Source of the DNA: an uncultured Planctomycetales bacterium
GTDB taxonomy: Bacteria; Omnitrophota; Gorgyraeia; Zapsychrales; JBDRMG01
Length of the DNA stretch: 64,000 bases
Assembly: GCA_964478715.1 (NCBI GenBank)
Contig: CAYZIY010000002.1
Coordinates: forward strand, 113,068 to 177,067
Reading direction: 5' to 3'
The notes below the pieces were generated by a model that had not been told where the DNA came from, made no database searches, and worked only from the letters and a program-made list of their open reading frames with translations. Numbering within the stretch: position 1 is the first letter of the stretch; every line of letters begins with the position of its first letter. The position numbers and the translations under genes are program-made. Shown here piece by piece: positions 38,369 to 47,918 of the stretch.

Positions 38369-38673
38369 AATGTTTCTTCTGCAAAAAAGAAATTCCTGAT
38401 GATTCGCTGTATTGCTGTCACTGCGGAAAAAAACAGGACGCCTCGGGTGCCGCCAGATGGTACCATCAAAAGAGCGTACTGATTACAGCTTTTTTTGTTA
38501 TCGGGCCTTTTGTATTATTTATGGTCTGGACGCACCCGACCTACTCAAAAAATAAGAAGATAGGCATTACAATTGCGGTTTTATGCGTAACATTTTTGCT
38601 CATTCTAGCATTGGTTCCTATGGTTTTGGTGATTGTGCGCTATTATCAATTAATGAGCCCTTGTGGATTTTGA
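38365..38673 (+). CDS. Small zinc-ribbon membrane protein (102 aa).
   Basis: MKCFFCKKEIPDDSLYCCHCGKK followed by two TM helices. Translationally coupled to the upstream gene (ATGA overlap). Confidence 0.5.
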   Translation: MKCFFCKKEIPDDSLYCCHCGKKQDASGAARWYHQKSVLITAFFVIGPFVLFMVWTHPTYSKNKKIGITIAVLCVTFLLILALVPMVLVIVRYYQLMSPCGF

Positions 38674-38749
38674 CTGTTCTTTGAAAAACAAAAATAATGC
38701 GGACAATTTTCTTGCTTTTTAAGATACTTTTGGATAGAATACTCTTCCC

Positions 38750-40060
38750 ATGCGAAAAAATGATGTAATGGAGAAAATCGTATCACTTTGCAAGAGAAGA
38801 GGTTTTATCTTTCAGTCTTCGGAAATTTATGGGGGGTTGGCCAGTGCATGGGATTATGGACCACTGGGTGTGGAGCTTAAGCGTAATTTGAAAAACGCCT
38901 GGTGGAAGTCCGTCGTGCATGAACGAGATGATATGGTGGGTCTCGATGCCAGTATTTTGATGCATCCCCGCGTTTGGGAGGCTTCTGGTCATACCGAAAA
39001 TTTTACCGACGAGCTCATCGACTGCAAATCTTGTAAAAAGCGTTTTCGCATTGACCATATTCAGGGGGCCTGTCCCGAATGCGGTTGCAAAGATTTCACG
39101 GAACCGCGTGCATTTAATCTGATGCTCAAAACCTATTTAGGAGCCGTTGAAGAGGCTAGCAGTATCTGTTATTTGCGACCCGAAACCGCCCAGGGGATCT
39201 TTGTTAATTTCTCAAATGTGATCGACACAGCCAGAAAAAAGCTTCCCTTTGGCATTGCGCAAATCGGCAAAGCCTTTCGCAATGAAGTAACCCCCGGAAA
39301 TTTTTCGTTTCGTACCCGGGAATTCGAACAAATGGAAATCGAATATTTTACCCTACCGGAAGAATCCAATCGTTTCCATGAGAAGTGGATCGAAGAAAGA
39401 TTCCAGTGGTATTTACATATGGGTTTGCGACGAGAAAAACTCAAGCTGCGCAAACACGCTGATGACGAACTGGCTCATTATGCCAAGGGATGCACCGATA
39501 TCGAATATGAGTTTCCGTTCGGATGGTCCGAACTTGAAGGTATCGCCAATCGGGGGGATTTTGACCTGAAGCAGCATTCGGAAAATTCGGGAAAAGATTT
39601 ACTTTTTCAGGATTCCGTTTCCCACAAGAAGTTCTTTCCTTATATAATTGAACCGTCCGGTGGTGTTGATCGGGCAGCGCTCGCTTTTCTCGTCGATGCC
39701 TATCACGAAGAACAGGTGGACGGAAAGTTGCGGGTCGTTTTACGTTTCGGCAAGGATTTGGCCCCTGTGCAGGTGGCGGTTTTGCCGCTGTTAAAGAAAA
39801 ACGGCGATATCGTTTCATTGGCCATAAAAATCAAGCAGGATTTACTGAAAGATTTCGTAACAGTTTATGACGATACGGCTTCTATCGGAAAGCTGTACCG
39901 TCGTCAGGATGAGATCGGGACTTTCTTCTGCGTGACTGTAGATGTCCAGTCCATCGAGGATCAACAGGTAACCGTTCGTGATCGAGATACGATGACACAA
40001 GACCGCATCGGGATCGATCAACTGAAAAACTATCTTAAAAACCAGTTCAGCAATCGTTAG
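38750..40060 (+). CDS. glyQS: Glycine--tRNA ligase, dimeric alpha2 (GlyQS) type.
   Basis: Class II motifs FRNEVTPGNFSFRTREFEQMEIEYF, SGGVDR and a zinc-binding insertion. 436 aa. Confidence 0.88.
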   Translation: MRKNDVMEKIVSLCKRRGFIFQSSEIYGGLASAWDYGPLGVELKRNLKNAWWKSVVHERDDMVGLDASILMHPRVWEASGHTENFTDELIDCKSCKKRFRIDHIQGACPECGCKDFTEPRAFNLMLKTYLGAVEEASSICYLRPETAQGIFVNFSNVIDTARKKLPFGIAQIGKAFRNEVTPGNFSFRTREFEQMEIEYFTLPEESNRFHEKWIEERFQWYLHMGLRREKLKLRKHADDELAHYAKGCTDIEYEFPFGWSELEGIANRGDFDLKQHSENSGKDLLFQDSVSHKKFFPYIIEPSGGVDRAALAFLVDAYHEEQVDGKLRVVLRFGKDLAPVQVAVLPLLKKNGDIVSLAIKIKQDLLKDFVTVYDDTASIGKLYRRQDEIGTFFCVTVDVQSIEDQQVTVRDRDTMTQDRIGIDQLKNYLKNQFSNR

Positions 40061-40086
40061 CAGGGCGAAAGGAGTAGTTGTAAGAA

Positions 40087-42837
40087 ATGGCTAAATTTGT
40101 GTATTTTTTTAAAGAAGGAAAGGCAGAAGGAAAGGCAACGATGAAAGATTTGCTAGGCGGTAAGGGCGCCAATCTAGCAGAGATGTCAAATGCGGGTGTG
40201 CCCGTGCCTCCTGGCTTTACGATATCAACGGATGTCTGTGATTACTATTATAGTCATGGGAAAAAATATCCCAAAGGTTTGGACAATGAAATCGACAAGA
40301 ATATCAAGCGATTAGAGAGCGCGTTGAAAATGAGATTTGGGGACAAAAATAATCCTCTTTTGGTGAGTGTCCGCAGCGGCGCTGCCGTTTCCATGCCGGG
40401 CATGATGGATACGGTTTTGAATTTAGGAATCAATGATGATGCCGTCCAAGGCCTGGCAAAAAAAACCGGCAATGAGAGAATGGCCTGGGATTCCTACCGG
40501 CGCTTTATCAATATGTTTGGAGATGTCTGCATGGGTGTTCCGCATGAAGCTTATGAAGAAGAGCTCTCTCGCATCAAGAAAAAATATAATTGTAAGCTCG
40601 ACACGGAATTGACCACGGAGGAATTGAAAGAAGTCGTCGATGCCTATAAAAAGGTTTATCAAAAGCATGTCGGAAGTAGTTTTCCGACAGGCGCACGTGA
40701 ACAGCTGAAGCACGCCATCAAAGCGGTCATCGGTTCCTGGAATATTCCGCGCGCTGTGGCCTATCGAAACATCAATAAACTCGAAGGGCTTAGAGGAACG
40801 GCTGTCAATGTTCAGGCCATGGCATTTGGGAATATGGGAGATCGATCCGGAACAGGGGTAGCTTTTACCCGTAATCCGGCTGACGGGACAAATCGCTTTT
40901 TCGGGGAATACCTGATCAATGCCCAGGGCGAAGATGTTGTAGCCGGTATTCGAACCCCGGATCCGATCGTGACATTGAAAAATAAAATGCCTTCCATTTA
41001 CGATCAGCTTAACAAAATCCGATTAAAACTCGAGAAGCATTATCGCGATATGCAGGATGTAGAATTTACCATTCAGGAAGGACGTTTGTTTATGCTCCAG
41101 ACTCGCACAGGAAAGCGAACAGGTCTGGCCGCTGTTAAGATTGCTGTGGATATGGTAAAGGAAAAATTAATCAGCGATAAGGAAGGTCTTTTAAGGATTG
41201 AAGGGGATCATCTTAATCAACTTCTTTTTCCCATTCTTGATCCTAAAGCCAGGGAACAGGCTCTATCTCAAGAGCGGGTTTTGGCCAAAGGTCTTCCGGC
41301 CGGGCCCGGAGCCGCCAATGGTCAGATTGTCTTTACCGCGGATGAGGCGGTCAAGTGGGTTAAAAGTGGTAAAAAAGTGATCTTGGTGCGTAAAGAGACC
41401 TCTCCAGAAGATGTCAGCGGAATGTGGGCGGCCCGCGCGATTTTAACCTCGACTGGAGGCATGACCTCTCACGCGGCGGTCGTAGCCCGCGGTTGGGGTA
41501 AATGCTGTGTCGTGGGTTGTGGTGCCCTGGAGATTGATTACAAAAGCAAAACAGTTAAAGTGAACGGGCAAACTCTGAATGAGGGTGATGAGATTTCCGT
41601 TGACGGAACGACTGGTGAGGTGATCAAAGGTCATGTTGAGACCTCATCGTCTCCTGTTGTTGCCGGAATTGTTGAGGGAGACAAGGATGCCTTGAATCAT
41701 CCGATTTGTAAAATTTTCCTTGAAGTGATGAAGTGGACCGACAAATATCGAAAAATAAAAGTTCGGACAAATGCTGATTCGCCCAAAGATTCTCAAAATG
41801 CAAGGGCTCTGGGAGCGGAAGGAATCGGTTTATGCCGGACCGAACACATGTTCTTTGAGGGTGAGCGTATTTGGGCTGTCAGGGAAATGATTTTGGCCAA
41901 CGATGAGCCAGGCCGCCAAAAAGCTCTGGATAAGCTGCTTCCTCTCCAAAGGGAAGATTTTGAAGGCATTTTCAAGGCCATGGATGGACTGCCGGTGACA
42001 GTTCGTCTTTTAGATCCGCCTTTGCATGAATTCTTGCCGCACGATGAGAAGGGTCAGCAAGAGATGGCTGGCCGCATGGGAGTTTCTCCTGAAGCGATCA
42101 AATCTAAAGTGGACGGTTTGCATGAAATGAATCCTATGCTAGGGCACCGCGGATGCCGTTTATCGATCACTTATCCCGAGATCTGTAAGATGCAGGTGAC
42201 CGCTATTATGGAAGCGGCCTGCAATCAGGCGAAAAAAGGTGTTAAGGTTTATCCGGAGATCATGATTCCTTTGATCGGCACCAAGGCGGAGTTCGATATT
42301 CTGGAAGAGCTTACCCGTCAGACGGCATCAAATATTGTCAAGAAAAAGAATGCAAAAGTGAGATATCTCGTCGGAACGATGATGGAAATTCCGCGCGCCA
42401 CTTTGATTGCCGATCAGGTTGCCGAGAAAGCGGAGTTTTTTTCATTTGGTACAAACGACTTAACTCAAATGACATTCGGATACAGCCGCGATGATGTGGG
42501 AACATTTTTGCCTGATTATTTGGAGAAGAAAATTGTCAAGACCGATCCCTTTGCCAGTATTGATCAGCAAGGTGTGGGTGAGCTTGTGAAGATCGGTATC
42601 GAAAGGGGGCGTTCGGTTTGCCCTCAATTGAAAATCGGCGTTTGTGGTGAGCACGGCGGTGATCCGGATTCGGTCAAATTTTTTGCCAAGGCTGGCATGG
42701 ATTATGTGAGCTGTTCTCCGTTTCGCGTTCCGATTGCACGCTTGGCAGCCGCTCAGGCAGCTGTTTTGGAAGAAAAGAAATCTAAACCAAAATCCAAGAA
42801 AACAAAAAAAGCGAAGAAAATCAAAAAGAGACGTTAA
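40087..42837 (+). CDS. ppdK: Pyruvate, phosphate dikinase, with a Lys-rich C-terminal tail.
   Basis: GGKGANLAEM, catalytic His region TSTGGMTSHAAVVARGWGKCCV, a PEP-utilising C-terminus, and the tail KKSKPKSKKTKKAKKIKKRR. Confidence 0.95.
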   Translation: MAKFVYFFKEGKAEGKATMKDLLGGKGANLAEMSNAGVPVPPGFTISTDVCDYYYSHGKKYPKGLDNEIDKNIKRLESALKMRFGDKNNPLLVSVRSGAAVSMPGMMDTVLNLGINDDAVQGLAKKTGNERMAWDSYRRFINMFGDVCMGVPHEAYEEELSRIKKKYNCKLDTELTTEELKEVVDAYKKVYQKHVGSSFPTGAREQLKHAIKAVIGSWNIPRAVAYRNINKLEGLRGTAVNVQAMAFGNMGDRSGTGVAFTRNPADGTNRFFGEYLINAQGEDVVAGIRTPDPIVTLKNKMPSIYDQLNKIRLKLEKHYRDMQDVEFTIQEGRLFMLQTRTGKRTGLAAVKIAVDMVKEKLISDKEGLLRIEGDHLNQLLFPILDPKAREQALSQERVLAKGLPAGPGAANGQIVFTADEAVKWVKSGKKVILVRKETSPEDVSGMWAARAILTSTGGMTSHAAVVARGWGKCCVVGCGALEIDYKSKTVKVNGQTLNEGDEISVDGTTGEVIKGHVETSSSPVVAGIVEGDKDALNHPICKIFLEVMKWTDKYRKIKVRTNADSPKDSQNARALGAEGIGLCRTEHMFFEGERIWAVREMILANDEPGRQKALDKLLPLQREDFEGIFKAMDGLPVTVRLLDPPLHEFLPHDEKGQQEMAGRMGVSPEAIKSKVDGLHEMNPMLGHRGCRLSITYPEICKMQVTAIMEAACNQAKKGVKVYPEIMIPLIGTKAEFDILEELTRQTASNIVKKKNAKVRYLVGTMMEIPRATLIADQVAEKAEFFSFGTNDLTQMTFGYSRDDVGTFLPDYLEKKIVKTDPFASIDQQGVGELVKIGIERGRSVCPQLKIGVCGEHGGDPDSVKFFAKAGMDYVSCSPFRVPIARLAAAQAAVLEEKKSKPKSKKTKKAKKIKKRR

Positions 42838-43658
42838 TGGATCCGGTTAAAGCCTATCTTAGAGAGATTCGCCATATTCCGCTTTTGAGCGCCGAAGAGG
42901 AGCTTAAACTTGCCAAGAAGGTGCAAGAGAGAGATAAAAAGGCGCGGGAGAAGATGATTAATTCCAACCTGCGCCTTGTTATCAGTATTGCCAAGCGGTA
43001 TATGAATTTAGGGATTCCACTAAGCGATCTGATCGAGGAAGGTAATATCGGACTGATGCGCGCGGTTGATAAATTCGATCCGGATAGGGGTTTTCGGTTT
43101 TCCACTTATGCGGCCTGGTGGATCAAACAGGCCGTCTCCCGGGCGATCATTGATCAAGGCAAGATGATCCGCATCCCTGTTTATATGAATGAAGAGATCC
43201 TCAAATGCAAGAAAGTAACCGAAGAATTAACCCACAAACTGAAACGTAAGCCGCGTACTGCCGAAATTGCTAAAAAGCTTGGCGTGGGTGTGGATAAAGT
43301 GCGCGAGCTCAATCAGTGGATTGCCAAGATGAGCTCCCTTGATGCTCCTATCGGCGAAGACGGAGAAGGGCGGGTGAAAGACATCATCGAAGATCAAAGC
43401 CTGATTAGCCCTGACGAACAACTTGAAAGCTTTTTCAACAAGGAACGCACTGCTGATCTTTTGAGCATGATGAGTGAGCGAGAGCGCAAGATTCTGGAAT
43501 TGCGCTTTGGCATTGACGACGGGAATCGTTATACGCTGGCCGAGATTGCCAAACGTATGGGGGTATCCCGTGAACGGATCCGACAGGTGGAAGCAGCCAC
43601 ATTAAAAAAATTAAAGAAACAGCTGAAAAAAATCGACAAAACAAAAGACAAGAAATAA
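42837..43658 (+). CDS. RNA polymerase sigma factor, sigma-70 family (regions 1.2-4 present, no region 1.1, Lys-rich C-tail).
   Basis: YLREI..PLLS, DLIEEGNIGLMRAVDKFDPDRGFRFSTYAAWWIKQAV (regions 2.1-2.4), and region 4 HTH LAEIAKRMGVSRERIRQVEAATLKKL. Confidence 0.85.
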   Translation: MDPVKAYLREIRHIPLLSAEEELKLAKKVQERDKKAREKMINSNLRLVISIAKRYMNLGIPLSDLIEEGNIGLMRAVDKFDPDRGFRFSTYAAWWIKQAVSRAIIDQGKMIRIPVYMNEEILKCKKVTEELTHKLKRKPRTAEIAKKLGVGVDKVRELNQWIAKMSSLDAPIGEDGEGRVKDIIEDQSLISPDEQLESFFNKERTADLLSMMSERERKILELRFGIDDGNRYTLAEIAKRMGVSRERIRQVEAATLKKLKKQLKKIDKTKDKK

Positions 43659-43671
43659 CCGGAGACAAGCT

Positions 43672-44544
43672 ATGAATCAGAGCTCATCCTTGCAGGTCGG
43701 AAGAAACAGAACATTCGCATTGGTCATTCCTCGTTTCGAGGATATTTTCCACTCGTTTTATGCCGGTGAGATTATCAAAGGTGTTGGTTTTGCCGCCAGC
43801 CGGATAAAGGTGGATATCTTAATGCACATTACCGATCGTTTTGACCATCACGACTGGATGGAGTCTCCGCTTTTGGATAAGCGCTATATAGACGGATTGA
43901 TATTTGCCGATATCAATAATGATATCAATACGCTCAAAAAAGTTCTTCAAAAAGACATTCCTTATATGGTTTTAAACAATACGTTCGAAGAACCCATAAA
44001 CAGTATATCCGTTAATAATAAGCGGGCTGCCTATGATGTGGTGGAATATCTCATTCGACTCGGTCATAAGAAAATTGCCACGGTGGCTGGTGATCTTTCC
44101 ACTCAGGCCGGAAAATACCGTCTGGATGGTTATAAGGAAGCTTTGACAAAATACAAGATTCCGCTTAATGAAGAATATTTAACCAGCGGGGATTTTTTAA
44201 GAACACCATCCCGGCAGGCAGCGGAGAAACTGCTTAATTTAAAAAATCGTCCCACAGCCATATTTGCCGCTTCAGATGTGATGGCCTTAGAATGTATTGA
44301 TCAGGCCCGGCTGCAAAGCATTTCTGTTCCAGGAGAACTGTCTGTAATCGGCTTTGATGATAATCCGATCAGTTCCTACTGCGCTGTGCCTTTAACAACA
44401 GTTTCTCAGCCGCTTTCGGAAATGGGGCGCTTAGGCGTTGAGCATTTGAATCAGATTATCAATCGGACGGTCAAGGTTCCTGTCAAGGTTCTTTTGCGCA
44501 CCAAATTCGTTAACCGCAAATCTGCCGCGCCTCAGAAATCATAA
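43672..44544 (+). CDS. LacI/PurR-type periplasmic-binding-fold sugar-binding domain protein lacking the N-terminal HTH.
   Basis: It begins directly in the ligand-binding core ([26 protein letters not shown]...). The C-terminus has the typical …IGFDD…TTV.QP… motif. The start is only 13 nt after the sigma-factor stop, leaving no room for an HTH. Confidence 0.7.
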   Translation: MNQSSSLQVGRNRTFALVIPRFEDIFHSFYAGEIIKGVGFAASRIKVDILMHITDRFDHHDWMESPLLDKRYIDGLIFADINNDINTLKKVLQKDIPYMVLNNTFEEPINSISVNNKRAAYDVVEYLIRLGHKKIATVAGDLSTQAGKYRLDGYKEALTKYKIPLNEEYLTSGDFLRTPSRQAAEKLLNLKNRPTAIFAASDVMALECIDQARLQSISVPGELSVIGFDDNPISSYCAVPLTTVSQPLSEMGRLGVEHLNQIINRTVKVPVKVLLRTKFVNRKSAAPQKS

Positions 44545-44581
44545 TTTATCTGATATTGAACCAGATAACAAAGGGGAAGTT

Positions 44582-45103
44582 ATGAAAGTCAGTGAACTTA
44601 AAAATATTATTCGCGATGTTCCCGATTTTCCCAAAGAAGGAATTCTGTTTAAAGATATCACCACGCTTTTAAAAGATAAGGATGCTTTTAAGAAGGCCGT
44701 CGACGCTATGGCCAAGGGACATAAAAAGGGAAGCATTGACCAGGTTGTCTGTATCGAATCACGCGGGTTTATTTTCGGAGCCGCTTTGGCTTATAAGCTG
44801 GGAGCAGGTTTTGTGCCGGTGCGAAAAAAAGGAAAGCTTCCAGCGGCTACCCGGCAGATGACCTATGATCTGGAATATGGTACAGACACGCTTGAAATCC
44901 ATGCCGATGCTTTGAGAAAAGGCGAAAGAATTTTGATCGTGGATGATCTTTTGGCTACCGGCGGCACCATGAAGGCGGTAGTGGATTTGTGCAAAGCGAT
45001 GGACGTGGATGTCGGGGGAATCGTCTTTTTGATAGAGCTTCGCTTTTTAAAGGGGAAGAAGAAGCTCAAGGATGTGCCGTTTAAGTCTGTGATTAAGTTT
45101 TAA
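44582..45103 (+). CDS. apt: Adenine phosphoribosyltransferase.
   Basis: PRPP-binding motif [13 protein letters not shown]. 173 aa. Confidence 0.9.
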   Translation: MKVSELKNIIRDVPDFPKEGILFKDITTLLKDKDAFKKAVDAMAKGHKKGSIDQVVCIESRGFIFGAALAYKLGAGFVPVRKKGKLPAATRQMTYDLEYGTDTLEIHADALRKGERILIVDDLLATGGTMKAVVDLCKAMDVDVGGIVFLIELRFLKGKKKLKDVPFKSVIKF

Positions 45104-45201
45104 ATAAATTTGATGGCGCCTACTCCTCGTCCGTGAAGCATAAAAGAGGCGGGCTTGGGGTGCGGCGCAAATTTCAAAATATGTAAATATCATAGAAATT
45201 T

Positions 45202-45275
45202 GCGCCTGTAGCTCAGATGGATAGAGCGCGTCCCTCCTAAGGACGATGTCGGAGGTTCGAATCCGCCCAGGCGCA
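45202..45275 (+). tRNA. tRNA-Arg (anticodon CCU), no encoded CCA.
   Basis: Cloverleaf with acceptor GCGCCTG/CAGGCGC+A, anticodon stem-loop CGTCC-CTCCTAA-GGACG, and T-arm GGTTCGAATCC. Confidence 0.9.
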
Positions 45276-45648
45276 TAAATGACGTAGCGATTTACGGATT
45301 TGCTGTGAGACTGTTTGGTACGTAAATCGCAGACGGAATTTATCCCGAGTATGCTATTTTGAGTAAAGGACGAGAGGTAGATGGCTTTTTATATTGAAAA
45401 ATCCAAAAAAAAGACCCCTTACAAAAAAACTCAAAAATAATTGACATTCATATAGATATATGAAAAGATACTTCAGTATTATACGCACCACCAGGGATGA
45501 TTCTAATTAGACACAGAAAGGGGGGATGCTCAAAGACAAGTCGGGAATCATCAAATATCTGGAAATCAAAGGATAAGCGCCGGGAAAACCCGGAGTTATA
45601 GATTGGGTTGAAAATACTTATTTCAAAAAAATTATTAAGGAGGAAACA

Positions 45649-47091
45649 ATGAGTCGTAGAATTTTACTTACACTTGCAATGGTCGCGCTCATTGCCATGC
45701 CAGCTCATGCTGCGGTACAGTCCGTGAAGGTCAGCGGCAGCATCGATTCCACATGGCTCGTTCGCGATCAGTTTGATCTCGGTAATGAGACGGTAGGAAT
45801 ATCTTCAGAATTTTACCAAAATCTGCTCATTACCCAGGCCATTCTTCGCATTGATGCTGATCTGACGGACAACGTATCAGCTGTCATCGAGCTCATCAAT
45901 GAAAGAGAATGGGGTGATGAGAGCAATACGGCTGAAGCCGAATCAGATGATGACGAAACAAACAGCACGGTTGATGTTAACTTAGCTTACATCACTTTAA
46001 GAGAAATGCTTTACTCTCCTTTAACTGTGGTGGTTGGTCGTCAGCCGCTTCGTTATGGGAACGGACTCATCATCGGCGATCCGGACACAAACAACGCATC
46101 AACCGGAAGATTAAGAGTTGTGGCCGATGATCTTTCCAAGCGAAAATCATTTGATGCCGTTAAAGCGATCTTTGATTATGATCCGTTGACTATCGATATT
46201 TTCGCTGCCAAAGTGGATGCGAACCAAGTAACGGGTGCCAGCGGCGAAACTACAACTAGTGAAGACGACATTGATCTTTACGGTATTGTCGGTAACTGGA
46301 AGCTTCAGGATGAAAGGAATACCGAGGTAGAAGCATATTTCTTTGCTGAAATTAACGCTGATGCAGAAGAAAATAAAACTGGATCCAAAGCTTCTACTAT
46401 TTATGTTCCTGGTTTAAGGGTTGCGTCTAATCCAATCGAAAATCTTTATACTAGCGCTGAAATTGCCTGGCAGAGTGGAAATTATAATGGCGTTGCTGCT
46501 AGTTCTGGCGACAATCAGCCAAGAAGCGCCATGGCTATTCAGACCATCGGTACCTATGCCATTCCGATCGAGGCCATCGAGCAGTACAGCCCGATTATTT
46601 CCGGTTCCTATACCTGGGTGACCGGTGACAGCAATCCTACAGATACGCAATATGCAAACCAAGCTTCAGAAAACAAGTGGACCGCATGGGATCCGATGTA
46701 TGAAGATCAGGCTGGCGGCAAGATCTATAACTCTATTATGGATTTGACCAACTGCCATATCTACATCACCTCTATCCAGGCCACGCCGTTAGAAGACATT
46801 ACGGCAAAGCTCTCATGGACAGGGCTTTATCTGGACAAAGAGTTTGATGAATCAGCTGGCACAAACACATGGTCAAGAACATTGCCAGACAGCACAACAG
46901 CATTTAACTACAACGTGGCCGTTAATGAAAATCATCTTGGTAATGAGCTTGATTTGGATCTGATGTATGATTATACAGAAGATGTCCAGATCGGTTTTAG
47001 CGCTGGATGGTTCTTCCCTGGCGATGTTTTCACGGATGAAAATCATGACACCGCCAAACAATTCTTAACCAACGTGAATGTTCGTTTCTAA
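45649..47091 (+). CDS. Secreted outer-membrane beta-barrel (porin-like) protein.
   Basis: Signal peptide MSRRILLTLAMVALIAMPAHA. Alternating amphipathic beta-strand pattern. C-terminal …NVNVRF with terminal Phe. Confidence 0.6.
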   Translation: MSRRILLTLAMVALIAMPAHAAVQSVKVSGSIDSTWLVRDQFDLGNETVGISSEFYQNLLITQAILRIDADLTDNVSAVIELINEREWGDESNTAEAESDDDETNSTVDVNLAYITLREMLYSPLTVVVGRQPLRYGNGLIIGDPDTNNASTGRLRVVADDLSKRKSFDAVKAIFDYDPLTIDIFAAKVDANQVTGASGETTTSEDDIDLYGIVGNWKLQDERNTEVEAYFFAEINADAEENKTGSKASTIYVPGLRVASNPIENLYTSAEIAWQSGNYNGVAASSGDNQPRSAMAIQTIGTYAIPIEAIEQYSPIISGSYTWVTGDSNPTDTQYANQASENKWTAWDPMYEDQAGGKIYNSIMDLTNCHIYITSIQATPLEDITAKLSWTGLYLDKEFDESAGTNTWSRTLPDSTTAFNYNVAVNENHLGNELDLDLMYDYTEDVQIGFSAGWFFPGDVFTDENHDTAKQFLTNVNVRF

Positions 47092-47120
47092 ATCTGCGTT
47101 GAATTAAGAGAGAATAACAG

Positions 47121-47160
47121 GCGCCCCGCACCCGATGGTGCGGGGCGCTTTTCTATTTTA
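47121..47160 (+). terminator. Rho-independent terminator after the OMP gene.
   Basis: GCGCCCCGCACC-CGAT-GGTGCGGGGCGC followed by TTTTCTATTTT. Confidence 0.8.
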
Positions 47161-47304
47161 TTTTCTCGACGAAGAAAAAGGCCTGATTTCCCTAATCCCA
47201 CCGAATAATTTGCTAAAAAAAATAAAATACTGATTTACAAACGATATTCGTCTGTTAAGATAAATTTATTAATAACAATAATGAGTTAAACTGAAAAAGA
47301 AAGA

Positions 47305-47883
47305 ATGACTAAAAACGAAATATACGAACATCTCGCTCGCGTTTATATCGGAAAAACAGGAGGTTCTCAAGAAGAAGACCCCAACAAAAAGCGCAAGAAA
47401 GTCTGGAGTAAAATAGCCTTGATTTGTGTTTTGATTGTAGGCTGCTTCTACGTGTTGACAGCGCTTTTTTCCAGACGCCCTGTTTATTCGGAAAACAAAA
47501 TCAGTTTTGCCTTAAGCAACAGCGCGATCCGCATTCCTTACAATCTTAATGAGCCTTATCCACAGATAAAGAATTTTGCGATCCCAATACCCAAAGTGGA
47601 TGCCTCGAAATATTCTCAGCTGAGCTTTTCGATCCGCGGGCTAGAAGAGGGATTCCCGGGTATCGTCAAAGTCAAAATTACCAACAAACGCAATGAAACT
47701 TCTTTTCATTTTGTCGAAGATGTCAATCTCAAGTGGAAAAGAGTCGCTATTCCCCTCAATGAATTTGACACGATTTCCGACTGGACAAGTCTTTCGGATC
47801 TATCCTTTGTGATTGAAGCCTGGAACGCACAAAAGAAAGAAGGGATTGTGCTGATTGATGATGTGTGCTTCAGCAGTTCATAA
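47305..47883 (+). CDS. Hypothetical single-pass membrane protein with a C-terminal beta-rich (CBM-like?) extracytoplasmic domain.
   Basis: Short cytoplasmic N-terminus, TM helix IALICVLIVGCFYVLTALF, then a roughly 130-aa beta-rich domain. First gene of an apparent operon with the ParA-CBM48 gene. Confidence 0.5.
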   Translation: MTKNEIYEHLARVYIGKTGGSQEEDPNKKRKKVWSKIALICVLIVGCFYVLTALFSRRPVYSENKISFALSNSAIRIPYNLNEPYPQIKNFAIPIPKVDASKYSQLSFSIRGLEEGFPGIVKVKITNKRNETSFHFVEDVNLKWKRVAIPLNEFDTISDWTSLSDLSFVIEAWNAQKKEGIVLIDDVCFSSS

Positions 47884-47918
47884 ACGATTCGTCGTTGGTG
47901 AAAAAGGAGGATTATTAT

